Counted from the first letter of the stretch, positions 20,976 through 34,589 are shown. The stretch is 64,000 nt of DNA from Nageia nagi (GCA_050084985.1 JBITNC010000002.1:10974001-11038000); one strand, 5' to 3'. Translations and numbers: made by a program. The notes: generated by a model not told the origin, from the letters alone.

Positions 20976-21581
20976 GGGAAAATATCTAAAATATTTTTAT
21001 AATTTCATATAATATAAAAAAAAAAATTGAAATATCAAAAATATTCTTATAAATAAAAATAAAGAGAAAAAAATACATGAATAAATATGGAATAAGAAAA
21101 TTTTTATTAAACTATAAAATTACAAGGGTATTTTTGATATTACACAAAATTATGATGTTATTTTACAAAGATATTTTTATATTATCTTTCCAAAATACAT
21201 GGAAAATAATTAAACTATTCAAAAAAAATACCCTTGTAAATATAATTTATAAAAATACCCTCATAAAATACAATTTGTAAACATTATGTGAAATTATTAA
21301 ATTTAGGAAATACTTTATTAAACTATAAGTGTATTTTACAAATTATGTACATGAAAATATATTAAATATTTTATTATATTTTATTTTTATTAATAGTTTA
21401 TATGTAATATATTATATAAATTATATTATTTGTAATTTAGTAGTGGTTTTCCTATATCATATTTATTTATGTATTTGTTTTCTTTTAATTTTTATCTTCA
21501 AATATATTTTCAATATTTCAAAAAAAGTAGGGGTATTTTTGATATTATGTGAAATTATAAGGGTATTTTGGATATTTTCCC
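20976..21581. mobile_element. Mutator-like MITE (606 bp)
   Basis: ~45 bp imperfect TIRs (GGGAAAATATC[T/C]AAAATA...ATAATTTCA[T/C]ATAATAT) and a 10 bp TSD TTGATTTTTT on both sides. Confidence 0.85.
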
Positions 21582-21899
21582 TTGATTTTTTTAAGTTAGT
21601 TGGTTCATCTAGTTCAATTTTTATATGATTTTTTAGCATTGCCTTTTTCAGTTTTATTGTTGTTCTTCTATTGCTCTACTAACCATGACCATTTCAAATA
21701 TAATCACTTTTGAACAAGCACCTATTTTATTTTCCCTTATTTTTTCTTCTCTGGTTTTGAATCAAGCTAGTTGTTGTTGGGTGAATTACACAAATATATA
21801 TATTGGGGAACATCTCCTATCGGATAGGAATATTGACCTTTTAATTAGAAAGACCACTCATAACAAATATTTTCCTTGGTCGTACCTCAAATGGAGAAG

Positions 21900-24800
21900 T
21901 GTATTATAAATACAAGGATAGCTAAACACACCTATGATCGATAAGGATAATATTCATTCTAAAAGGGAAGGATTAATTGATTCATAATCCTACCTCCTCC
22001 ATGTTGCTTTTATTCTCGATTCTTCTTAACCATGTCATTTATCCAACACCTTATGATGTTTATTCATATTCATCGCATATAAAATTTAGTTCCTTGACCT
22101 TTAGCGATTACTTGGTTTTCTTGGTGGAATGATGTCATTCCATGCACCATCACTCTCCTTCGCACTTTGAGAGTTGAATTCATTAGGTTTGGAAGCATGC
22201 TAGTATCCCTCTCAAAGCAAAGGTAGCCAAGGTCATTGTAAGACTTAAATATTACCCTTTTAGGCAATCTCTTCATAGCCATATTGTAAGCTTGAGGCAT
22301 GGAATTAAGAAATGTGAAGTCTATGAGGCACACGAAGCTCAAATTCATGCTCGACTTCATTGCCTCAAAATTATGGATAAGGTTTTTAAGGAATTATTCC
22401 AAAGACTCAAACCTTTAAGATAAGTTACTCGTACTAAAGTTATTCAAGTATAAGGGGACCATATTTCCTCAATCATAGGCATCAATTAGGCCTATATCAA
22501 TCATTATAGAGTTATCTTCACCTCTTAAAAGCTTGAAGGCTTTCATATCCAAGCGTTAGAAGAGTGTTAAATATTAACCCCAATTAAGATCTCCCTAACA
22601 TAAAAGGAATTATGTGATACACCATTAATAATGGATCATCTTGTTGATGCTCTCTCTCATGTGGCTAATGGTAAAACTCCAAGTTATATGGTTTTAATGT
22701 AAATTTAATAAATAATTTTGAGATACAATTAATCAAGATTTGCTCCAAGTTTATCAAGAAGCTCTTCAGGTAGGCTCCCTTAGGAGTATCATCAATAAAG
22801 GCAATAATTACCTTCACTCTAAAACCTAGAGATCCTAATCCCATTACTAATTGGTGACTTATCACCCTGCTTAATGTTTGATATAAAATTATAGCTAAAA
22901 CTTTAGTTCTTCACCTTTAGTAGATTTTGTCTCTTATCATCATACTGGAGCAAACAAGATTCATCTAAAGTTGATATATCTTGGATAATATGGTAGCAAT
23001 ATGATAAGGTATCAAATGGGTTCATTCCATACAATAGAACATGTTTTTTTTATTAAAATTGAATTTAAAAAGGCACATGATAAAATTGAATTGTATTTTA
23101 TTCTATCTATTCTTATAGCTTTAAGGTTTAACCATACCTTTCTCAAGTTTGTAAATATGTTGTTTGAAGACGCTTTAGTAGTTTTATCCTTAAATGGTGT
23201 CCAATCTTATCCCATTGGTCTTTTTTGCTCAATTTAACAAGGCTTTTCTTTAGCCCATTCACTGATATTCATCTAAGTGGTTGGTACATTTAGGTATCTT
23301 CTAGCCCAAAAGATGGATTGAGGATCTAATAGAGGAGGAATTTATCTCCCTAGATCATTAACGCAACTAATTAATGGATATTTTACAAATGAATCTTTTA
23401 TTATCATTTACAAAGATGATCAATTAGTTTCTCATGTATTGAAAGCCCTTGATACTTTTTGTAAAGCATCATGCTAAAGTATTTAGTGGGGAAAGATGTC
23501 TTGTTACGAAAAAAATTTTCTTCCTTTTCCAAACTAGCTTTCTAATCTCTTATGAAAATGGATTTCACCTCATAAAATGTATAAGTTTTTGGACATTGCC
23601 TTTACCTTTCAAGCCATTTCTACCTAGCTTTGGGATTATATAATTCCAAAAGTGGAAAAAAAGTTGGCATACTAAGTCACAAAGAAACTTTCTCTTATTG
23701 GAAAGTTGCAAATATGTTCTAAAATTTTAGCTACAACCCATGTCCATTATTCCTTTTATTGGATCCCTTCCAAACCTTATTACAAAAAGTGAGAAAAACT
23801 TCTACAAAACTTCCTTGATTGAGAAGTTGGAAAGGGCTTAGTTTTCAAATGTTGGTCACTACCCATATTCATATCAAGATTAAAGACACCTTAATCATCT
23901 AAAGTATTTGGAAAGCATGAGAAGCACTCAAGCCTTAGCTTTATTGGAATGAAATTGGAAAATAAAAGGGAGCTTCTTTGGCATCAACTAGTATTTTGGT
24001 CTTCTATTATCTTCCACCAAGACTAACCTCTTGTGTAATCCAATGAATTCAACTATAATGCTTCTATAGAAAAGGGATTGCTAATATTATACGTTACTTC
24101 TCTTCTCATACCAAGGACTAGATTCCTTATGAGGCTTTCAAATGATTCTTCAATTTAAATTTGGATGAAAAAAGCACCTATGATACATTGCTTGATACTA
24201 TCTCATTCATTCTTTAACCTAACTAAGGGTGGCTTCAATAGTGAGCTCTTTTGAAATGCAAAGTTAATTTAGGCTACTCTTGGCTCTACCCTCATTTTCC
24301 CATAGTTCAATGACTCAACCAAAATTGGGATCTAGTTTATTCCTCCTCTAGTTGGAATCTTTATTTCATAAATATTTAGGGCCCTTACATTGAACCCAAA
24401 CAAGTTTTTTTGTTCTTGGAGTCTTATTTCTTACGGGCTTCCTTTGGATCAATATTTAAAATATCTTAGGATACAAAAAACTTTATAACGCTTCTATAAA
24501 TCCCCATAAGACATCATGCATCTATTTGGGTTGTAACCCAAAGCCATGGTTGCATGGAAATGGATAGGGCCATTGTCTTGGCCTTACATGTATTCAATTC
24601 CTTTTCTTGAACACGTGTTCTTTTGGATGACCCTCTTAACTTTACCTTAACTCTACACAAAGTGTGGAACATTTTCCACATCAACATCCTCTTCCACATT
24701 TGAAAAGCTTGCAACAAGATTATTTTTGCAGAAGATGAAGCTTCAATAGTTTTTTCTTTTGCTAACAAATATTTGTTTTTTTTCTTCTTTTAAATTCTCA

Positions 24801-25480
24801 GCTCCAAAAGTTAAACCAAGTTGATAAAGTTACCATTGATATTAATCATTTACAAGCATTGTTGGACCATTGGGGAAATATTTTATGTGTTATTAGTTGG
24901 ATCCCCCCTAAAATTATCCTTGTGAGAACCATTAAGATCTCATGAAAGATAATGATCTAGGAGGTGACCTCCTTCGCAAGTGAGGAATGAGTTGATTAAC
25001 AAGCATTGATCTTAACTATATTTTGTTTGTAAATAAATTAATGACCAAGATGTTAGTTAATCAAGGCAACAATGAGAGGGTGGCATGTGTATAGAATCTT
25101 TGATGTCAACTAGAGGATGGGGTGATGAAGGTGGCAATGATGGCATCGATAAAGATAACCTTAATTACCCTAAAAATATTTTTAATGAGGGTGATGGATG
25201 GTATATTCCATTTCCCTCTAATTAAATGATTAAATAGAAGGAATATCAAATGATACATCCATTAATGATGCATGATGGAGATTTAATTACTTATTTTCTT
25301 ATTTAATGTATAAGTAGTTATGCCTCGGGTCTATAAAATTGTACTTTATGATTTTTGTATTTCCTAATCCATTTTGGTTATTTTGACTCCATATTAGGGT
25401 GTGATTGATCCACCCATATTTTGATTGTAAATCTTCTTATTTATTCAATATAGTCAACTTTCATTCAAAAAATAAAAATT
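21900..25480 (+). mobile_element. Decayed L1-clade LINE ORF2 (RT and zf-RVT region)
   Basis: W*LITLLNV*YKIIAKTL (~22852), KIEFKKAHDKIE (~23056), QGFSLAH (~23238), FTNE in place of FADD (~23382); A-rich end near 25467; boundaries approximate. Confidence 0.75.
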
Positions 25481-25542
25481 GTACTTTCATAAAATATTTT
25501 GGAAGTTATCGATCTTACATTTTTGAGATTTTCATCTTATAT

Positions 25543-25740
25543 TTTTTAGGTCATTGGTCTAAGATGTTTGAGGATGCTATTGTACATATTTTTAGGCCAT
25601 CATCTTAAATGTTTAAGGTTGTTGGTTCTATGTATTTTTAGATTATCATCTGAAATGTTTGAGGTCACTAATTCTATGAATTTTTAGGTTATCATATAAA
25701 ATGTCTGAGGCCATCAGTATGAGATGTTTGAGATCATTGT
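25543..25740. repeat. Degenerate ~46 bp minisatellite (~4 copies)
   Basis: Repeated TTTTTAGG...CATC..AAATGTTTGAGG units. Confidence 0.6.
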
Positions 25741-26948
25741 AAATATGAATGCATAATTTATTAATGTTAATTTCATATTTACAATAAGTTAATTTTAATT
25801 ATCTTATTTCATGAATTTATAAGAAATCTTATTAAATAACTTTTTTAAAAGAAAGTTTAAAAATTAAAATATTTTAAGTTGATTTGAAACCATTTTGAAC
25901 CGAACATCAATTTTTTTCAATTTTGATTTCACCAAATTTCCTTAAGCATAACCTTGGTCAAGCTACCACATGTCCAATCATTATTGCCACATGTTGGGTA
26001 TAGTCACTATTATGTGTGGAGTGCAATTAATGCCACAAGAATCTATATCATTTATAGGAAAAAGGGATTATGTGGGAGGACTCAATAAAGTTTGAACCTT
26101 TAACCTCCCACCTAGTAGTTGAGCGCTCTAGATAAGCGTGTTGGGGAACCAACCTCATTTAACAATTGGTGGCCATTAACTTTATTATCTCCTAACATCA
26201 TTGCCTACTGAAATCCACATGCGTATTGATCCAAACAACTATATTTTGACCATTTGATCAAAACTCCTCACGAATTTCTCAAACTTAAAATTTCTTCTTT
26301 TAACAATATCTTTGATTTCATTTATTGAAAAGAGCTAAAATTTGGACCACAAGTTCAAAATATCATTTTTTTTCAATTTCACCAAATCAAATTTATAGAA
26401 GATATCTAAAAATCCAAAAATTATGAAATTACTTTAAGCACCATAGGAAACTCTAATTCCTTCAATCAATCTTTAACATAATATCTAATAGCTTTAATAC
26501 CATGTAGAATTATGATACTATTTGATATTTGTGGAAAAATGATTAATTTTTTTATGTACGACTATTTTGTATTAAGTTTATTTTTATGATAAACTTCAAT
26601 TTCCTAACTCAATATTAAAATTAATATACGTTTATATAAAAATATGATTTATTCCACCACCCCTCTTTTTTATAATTAAAACTTTTTAATTAATTAATTT
26701 TTTTCATTAACTTTCTTATTGACTTTTCGATTGAATGTAACTTCCATTTTTTTTTTCTTTATAGATAATGTATTATTATTATTATTATTTAGTTAATAAG
26801 AATATTTATGTGGAGTTTCGGTTCAAAAAGATAAGTACCCTCGAACTATTGGAACCCGAAATTATGGCCCCTCTTTCGTACCAAGATTCATCTTCCAAGA
26901 CCAGAATACTATTGGATCTCCTGTAGTTTTGGGTTTGAATTCGCACAG

Positions 26949-27082
26949 ATGGGGACGTGCTTCTATGCCGTAAACAATTTCAGTGTTAAGCTGTTGAATG
27001 TAAGGAGTAATGCTAAAGTTAATATCAACAGAATTCCTCTAGTATTGGCATCATCCTCATCCATGTCCAATTTACACCAAAG
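26949..27082 (+). CDS. Probable first exon (transit-peptide-like) of the beta-propeller glycosyl hydrolase-like gene
   Basis: MGTCFYAVNNFSVKLLNVRSNAKVNINRIPLVLASSSSMSNLHQ, then AG|GTGCC donor (phase 2). Ser/basic-rich with no acidic residues. Phase matches the acceptor at 63270. Confidence 0.55.
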
Positions 27083-28029
27083 GTGCCATTTTCTCTGTGC
27101 TCTTTTGTTCTGCAAGCAACTTCCTTGCTATCTGAAACTCTCTGTATATCTTATTAACATAAACGTGAGAAAGTGAATGTCAGTCCAGTATACTGCAATT
27201 ATGTTTGGTTTTTTTAAATGAACTGATTTTGGGACAATTTTCTCTCAAAATTTGGATTGCCCAGTTGAGCTGAAAGTCCATGAAGTTGTGGGTCAGTACT
27301 GTTGGTGAGTTTTGTTACACCAAATGGCTTATAATGGTATCCCAATCATCAACTTTTAAGGACTAAGGGAGGAAAATGTCTGTTAAAAGAGTAATGGCTT
27401 GAGCACTTTCTGAATAGAAACATAGCTGCGAGGAAAGTCTGCAAGGAAAAGGAGATATTTTGAATCCTATCTTTAAGTGCATATGAAAAATTATTTTGAA
27501 GTGGTGGCTCTTGGGGCTCAGATGTTGGGGCTCAGATGCTAACCTCAAATTCTGAATTAGCTTATTCTTTAAAAATTAAAAAATGATCTTTCTATCATGT
27601 TGTTATGCTAACACATTTGGATAACAGCAATAACAGATGGCACAGAACTTAGAACTTAAGATAGCAGTAATTGCAATTTTTTGTCAACAAAGTATGTGCG
27701 TAACATACTTAGAGCGGCATCCCATGCACAGGGCTGCTACTGCTTCGATTGATATCGAGGCGCTAGTAGAAAGGGTTCCATGGAACATTCTTTTCATTAG
27801 GTACACTGTTAAACTAAAATATCTTACACCCAGAGCAGCGATATTTTAGGAAGGAAGGGGGAATTGAGATGAAGAAATATCACTAAATCTATTAAAAGGG
27901 CTGTTAAGTTTCAATGGGTTGTTTCTTGCATAAAAAATTTCTTTTGGTTTTCTTGGACTGTTTTTCTACACGCTTCCTAAAGCTCTTTCAACGGAATAGC
28001 ATCAAACCCCTTCCTTGCCTATATTGCTA

Positions 28030-29585
28030 TTTTTATTTATTAATAAGGTAAATATATTAATAAAAAAAACAAGTTTTGAAAGGCCTTCCAGTAACCTTTT
28101 ACATAGTAAGAAGGATTCTATATTTAAATGTAGATCATAATTTAGTGGAAAATTATATTTTTTCATATCCAAAGGGAAACTGAAGCAAATTGCCCAGGTC
28201 CTTTATAGAAATGAAAACGGTATTATCATTCTGTGTATGACCATTTCATCTTCAATAAAAGTCTTAAGATATTATGTTAACAAAATTGTACTACTATTGC
28301 TTTCCTCCGTCTATTTACATATATGTCATCTTCCAGCTTCATGATGCGCTGCAGTTGTCCATCTTCATCTTCTTCAAATCTGAAAGTTTCCTTGTGGAAC
28401 TTGCTCTTGTGGATTGTTTTGTACACAGCTTTCCTCATTTTCTGGCGTCTATCAGGATTGCATGGTAGGATTTCAAATACTAGGCTTTTTCTTCCTTTCC
28501 TCAAAATTGCTTCAGCAAGCATTCTGTTGTGTATATCAATACTATCAGGCATTTTCACTGCTTGTCCCTTCTGTCTTTTTATGGAGTATCCTGCTCTGCA
28601 TTCTGTGCTGCTTTGTTTTGCCACTCTGAATCTCTTCGATTGTTGCTATTGCTCTAAATCAATGACCTTCCTGAGATGACCTTCATTATGTGGCTTCTCT
28701 GTTTTCCTTTTCTCTTTTTCCTATTTCTTCTAGTTCTGCTTGAAACAAGTTGTTGTGCTTCTCGTTCATCTTTCTAGATTTATCTTCCTTATGTGTGACC
28801 TCCAGAATTTTATTCTTTGTTCTCTTTCCTTTTCTTCCCCACTCTGGAAGTGAAGGTTGGTTTGGGTCTTCCATCATGCTTTGTGCTTCAGCTATTATCT
28901 GTTTGCTTCTGCTAGTAAAGGAACTTGCTTCGTTCTTAGTTTCTTTACTTCCTCTGACCTCTGAGTGGTGCTTATCCTAACTGTGTTCTTTTTTGTTTCT
29001 TATTTTTCAGAACTTGAGCCAGCGGGACATCCTGATCAATGTCTTCTATTCTTATTTTTGGATTTTCTCTTGATTGCTTGGCTAGTGCTAAATTGTAAAC
29101 TAGTCTAATTACACTATGGTGCAAGGGGACCTTAGTACGGTTTGATTTGAACTCACAAGTTGAGACTTTCATTGAGTGAAAGATGAGAAAAGGGAAATTG
29201 ATAGACTCTTGATTCCTGAAGTGATTTAGAAGTCCGAAATGATATGCAAAGACCTCTTTATGGTGACCCTCCAACATCACATACCGCTTCAGGCCCTTTA
29301 TAACCTCATCCCACAGCTTGGGAAAACTGGATCTTTCATATCCTGTTCTGTACTTCATTAATACTTCTTCAGGCTTCTCGAACTTATCTATTTCCTTCAC
29401 TTCGTTGATTTTGCTCTCTCTCTTAATCTATTTTCCTTTATCCCTCATCTGAATTGCTTCTGCAATTGTTGTAGTGCTGAATTCCACATTAAGGTTATTT
29501 GCTCTGCACTTTCCCTCATACCACAATCTTGCTACAGAGTTTGACAGCTGAGAGTCAAAGCCATTGCATGCTTTGAAAATTTATA
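28030..29585 (-). mobile_element. 5'-truncated poly(A)-tailed element encoding a decayed transposon-associated ORF (no RT visible)
   Basis: Minus frame ...IAEAIQMRDKG...FPKLWDEVIKGLKRYVMLEG...HFGLLNHFRNQESINFPFLIFHSM...PLHHSVIRLVY, then a Lys/Glu-rich tail; ends GGCCTTTCAAAACTTGTTTTTTTTATTAATATATTTACCTTATTAATAAATAAAAA. Confidence 0.6.
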
Positions 29586-31736
29586 ATCTATATTATATTA
29601 GTGGTCCAACTTTCAATTTTTTTCCTAAGCAGCCACTGCTAAGAAAATTTATAAGCATGTCTCCATGCGACTTGGGTCTTGCAACCTATAGACTGCATAA
29701 CTGTTGATTCTTGTCAGAGCTGGCCTGCCCTTGCAGGGGACCAACACATATACCTCGTGTGCACCCAAGAGTGCTCACTGAGATTGAATTTCGCTTTTGA
29801 GGTGGCAAGTGTCCAATTGGTTGTGTAGAAGAAACGGAACATTATGTAGCTGCTTAACTAAAGGTTCTATAGTGGTATGCAATTTGTTAACACAAGCAAA
29901 TTCTTGGATGCATTTCAAAGGTTTCCAAGTCATTTCAATTATTACTTAGGTTGAAATCCCACGGAGGGGAACTATTGGAAATTTCTCAGCAGGAGACACT
30001 CCTATTTTTTTAGTTTTCTTTTTGTAGGTCATTTAGGTGAACAGGTTACGTGCAATGCTTAGAAAAATTACGAATTTGTAACAGTTAAATGATCTAATAA
30101 CATATTAAAAACACACATCCAACCATATAGAAGCTCACATTTGGAATTAAAGAGGTCCAGCAGTTGTGGCTGAGTTTCAGGCCCCCTCCTTTGCTGCTGC
30201 TGAAGTTGTCCTTCCATAAAAATGATTGCACCTTTTTTTGTAAAAAATATCTACAGTGACAGCAATTCATTTCAGCATTAGTCTTCTTGCAGAGTAAACT
30301 TTGGAGCAGTAGTCCCCTGCATGGGACCCTTACATTCAGGATATGTGTATTCTAACATGGGCACCTGATAAGTGCAGGGCTGCTCTGATCAGCTTCCTAA
30401 GCTCATTCTTGCACCAAATCCTGTTCTTCCATCTATAGAGAAGCACAAAGGTTAACCGGGGAAACTCTCATCAGATCTAAAAAAGTAACAAATCCAAAAT
30501 TCTTTGTACCTGAACATTATTTGCATAGTGCAGACTGTAGACACACAATCATGGCACCAAGAAAGAATATATACTTGGCTTTATGCTCTGAGTATATAAA
30601 TTGCCACACCAGGGTCTTTGACAGTTGATGCTCAGTCTGCCTTCTCCCCTATGAAAACAAGTCTTCGTACCTCAAGTGTTCCAAGCTAGAATCTCTAGTG
30701 TCTGGAGTTTTGTAACTAATTTGATGATCCAAGCACCATGTGATCGTATCATCATAGTTAAAAGATGTGTAGGTGGAGAAAGCCTCTTCAGATCTTGCAG
30801 CGTCCTCCATAGCCACGTGGGTAACTTTCTTATCACTGCCTTAGAAGATCCTGTTTGCCTTACATTATGGAGGTAAGGTTAAACGCAGTTCTGAATTTTC
30901 TGATTATGCAGGAGATAGTTACAATGTACCATTTGAGAAATCAATACAAGCTGCTGTGAATCCAGATCCTGTAAAATAATTGGATTATGGATAAATTACC
31001 AAAAGGTTGTTTGAAGTAGGCAGATCTTTGATGCTTTGGTGCGAGGAGGTTGGAACGAGAGTACAACTGGGAAATTTAGTCCTAGAAAAGCTATTTTTCC
31101 AGTTATTCAGGTGAGTTTTCAATGCATATATTTATGGGTAGATTGCACATTACAATGAAGACCAGGACTGGCTGTTTATGTTCTTGGGATCAAGATATGG
31201 CATTAGGGCATGGCTTTCTTTACAGATGGACTCTGTAGGAAATCAACTGTTTGTAATTGCACAACTTTAAGCTGATGACAATTCACCAAAGAGATCGATT
31301 AGAGCCTATAGGGTTGTATGCTTATGTCTACTGCTGAAATCAACAGAATTGGCCTCCAAATTATGAAAAATTTGAACCAAATCAGCAATTGTAATGTTTG
31401 AAGTTTGAACAACATCTGAACTGAATACGCATCATGGGACAGGAAATAAAAAATGAAACATAGGCACAAAGATATCAAACATACACGGCTATACCCTCTT
31501 GAATATGACTCCATGGGCAAAGATGAAAATAATTCTTTCCACTTAAAAAAATGAAAAATATACACAGCTTAGAACCTGCAAATTAACACTATGCATTAGA
31601 CCTTGCAACTGCCTTATAGACTTGGTTGTCTTTTTTGTTTCATACCTTCTATCCTCTTTGTTGATCCTTCTTCCAAATTCTTCCCAGTATTCTTGGAATG
31701 GTTAGTAACCCATGGAGTCTTGGGTTTGAGTGCCAA

Positions 31737-32963
31737 TGTTAGAACACAATAAACTAACTCTTTAGCTTCCATCATCCCTATTAATTAGGGGATCCTCACT
31801 TGTTCATCAAGGTCATCCTGCTTGAGGGCAGGGTCAGAAACTCTTCCTGTTCAAGGGGCAGAATTCTCCCTTGTCGGTGGGACACTTTACAGGTTGCAAA
31901 GTTTGGGACCGGAACTTTGCTTGCAGAATGATCAGGGTTCTTCTCTACCTAAGGTCCTGCTCTACCTAAGGTCCTGTAGACACAAAAAAAACAGTGTATT
32001 AAAATAAATACATTTATAATGTCTGCAAAAGAAAATAGATTAGTAGCTATATACAATATAGAGATCGAGCAATTAGGATTTTGCAAATTGACAAAAAGGA
32101 GATACAAAGAATTTATTTGGATGATTGGAGATTGGAAGCTTGCTGACAGGCAACTTGTGTTTTTCGAGGCTTAACCCTAGCTGTAGTCAATCTGGATAGT
32201 TCCGGAGACGATGATTTTGAAAATGATAATTCTGAAGATGATCGTACTGAACTGATGTAAGAACTGATATGCAGACAACTTTGGAATGATCTAGCTTAAG
32301 CATGAGGGTTGCTGAGGCTCGAGACCAGAGCGTTAGTGTTCTAGGCTTGTGGTAATAAAGCACTGAGCATTTTGGGCCTGGGTGCTAGAACATTGGTTGT
32401 TCTAGTTCTAAGTGCTGGAACAATGGTGTTTTAGCCTAGATGTTTGTTTGGCCAACACTTTGCTTTTTCGGTTACTTTGATAATATTACTGCGATGAGAG
32501 GAGATTAACTTGCATGATGATGATTGGTTATTATCTGTCAAATGCCTTTTTCTTCATATCCCATCCTTATGTTTGGAATGAGTACTTGGGAGTACTTTAT
32601 TAAGGACTCACAAATTTGATTTTGAGTTCACCTAGGTGGAACCACTTAGAACAATTTGCATAGAAAATGATGCCAAATTAGAGGAAATCACTTTAAGTTA
32701 TTTCAAAATAACTTCAAATGAGTCCAAAATTTATGCACACCAAAATAGGCTGCTATCCTTGATGTGGAAGCCTCTACCATATGTAGTCGGGCCGTCTTGG
32801 TAGTTGATCTACCATGTGCTTATCCTCAAAATCAGAGTTCTAAAAATTTCCTTTATATTTGTTGTTGAGAAAATGCTCAAGCTGCATGAAAACCAATGGA
32901 AGCTTGAGAGAATATTGGGACAACAAGTCTGCAAGTTTATTTTTCTTCCCTTTCTTATCCTTC
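31737..32963 (-). mobile_element. Old LTR-like fragment, host of the 6 kb insertion
   Basis: Starts TGTTAG; LTR-like composition with short internal repeats; no TSD found. Confidence 0.3.
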
Positions 32964-33275
32964 ATTAGTGTTGTGATTAAAACACAACATGCCCCAAAAT
33001 CTTGCAATTTTGGGGACCCTCAACACCTTGTGTGAATGCTTTGTAATGTTGTTGTTGTCTCATCCGGTCCAAGCAATGTCGCAAGACCCATATCCAATGT
33101 CAAGTTCCCCAGGTTCAAGTCTCATCCTTTGCCTGGGCTTAGTCATACCAAGCCAAAATCTGAAATTCCTCAAAAAATGGCTAAGTTTGGAAAATCAAAA
33201 GTTGGGCTCAAGTGAACCAGGGGAGTCCAGGGCAAGTCGAGACAGAGTCAAGTCGAATTGGGCCACTCTTAGGCC

Positions 33276-34215
33276 TGGCGCATGCCTCTTGTCTTTTTGA
33301 ATCATGCACCAAGGTCAAGGAGCTGCCCAGACTGGACTTAAGTCTCAAACAAGCAATCTGGGCTGTTTTTAGGCTTGGCGCATACCTCCAAAAGACAAAA
33401 TCTTGTCTTTTTGGAGCATGCGCCAAGGTCAAGGAGCATCCTGGAGTGGAACGGAGCCCGAAAAAGACAAGTAGAAGACACTTCAGGGCTGGCGCATGAT
33501 TTCAAAAGATAAAATCTTGTCTTTTTGAACCATGTGCTCAAGCCAGGAGCAAGCATAGGACAAGTTCAAGAATGTGAAAGTCAATCCCAAGCATCCAGGA
33601 GGCTGGTGCATGCCTCAAAAAGACAAAATTTTGTCTTATTGAACCATGCGCTCAACCTAGACACATGTCCAGTTCGTTTGAAAGATAAAATTTGACCAAG
33701 GCATGAAGCCTCGAACCCCAAAATCAGCTCTAGCAACTCCAGAAGGGCTGGCACATGATTTCAAAAGACAAGATCTTGACTTTTTGAACCATGCACTAGA
33801 CCTAGGAAGCCTTCAGGAAGAGGAAATCACGAAAATTTGGTGAAGGCATGGAGACAGGATCACACAAAAAGGTAAATTTGGGCATCTGCAACCCAACGCA
33901 TGCCCTAGAAAGACAAAATCTTGTCTTTCTAGATCATGCGCTCAAATTGGGAGAGCCAGAAAGTTGCGTGCATGTTTCAAAAAGAACCATGCGGCAAGTT
34001 TGGGGAGTGTCCAGGTTGAGCTTAAAAGATTGAATTTGACAAGCTTGGGCACCAGAAAAGGCAAAAATCAGGCAAGTTCAAGTCTCAGGATGAGGTTCAA
34101 GGTCAAGTTGAACAAGCAAAGGAGCAGGGAAGGCGAACGTGGGAAGTGCATTCATCCCCAAGGTTGGCGTATGATCCAGAAAGACAAAATCTTGTCTTTT
34201 TTGGGCATGCGCTAA
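33276..34215. repeat. Array of ~8 palindromic ~45-50 bp repeats separated by variable spacers
   Basis: Consensus TGGCGCATGNNTCAAAAGACAAAATCTTGTCTTTTTGANNCATGCGC at ~33277, 33377, 33490, 33604, 33749, 33897, 33967 (deleted form), 34165. Confidence 0.85.
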
Positions 34216-34589
34216 GCCTGAAGGTGTCCTGGAACCCCCAAGTCTTGTCCTGGCCGATTGGACATGAAATTCTATGCATGCACACATCTTGAGGTTGGCC
34301 ATCTGGATGGCTAGGATGGATTTTCCACCTTGGCCTAGCCGACTAGGGTTTGCTGGAAGCCAGTTTCAGCTATTAGTACAAGCTTGGGGACCTCATTTTC
34401 TCAAATTCAAATAACACTTTTCTTCTATTTTTGCACCAGAATTGCAGAAAACTGTAGAATTTTGAGTTTGAAATTTGTCACATTGCATTCTAGGGCTTGT
34501 GCAAGCAATTGAGACAAACAAATCCAACGTTGGGTAGCCTCACCACTTGAAAACTCATACATCACCCTTGAAGGACTTTGTTGCAAGGT

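Noticed and set aside
26060-26190. tRNA gene or tRNA-derived SINE (minus-strand GGTTCAAAC B-box-like); similar hint at 29700-29820
   Set aside because: No cloverleaf, A-box, tail or TSD could be established
33276-34215. CRISPR-like repeat-spacer array
   Set aside because: Eukaryotic TE context, degenerate repeats, irregular spacer lengths and no cas genes; kept as a hairpin array instead
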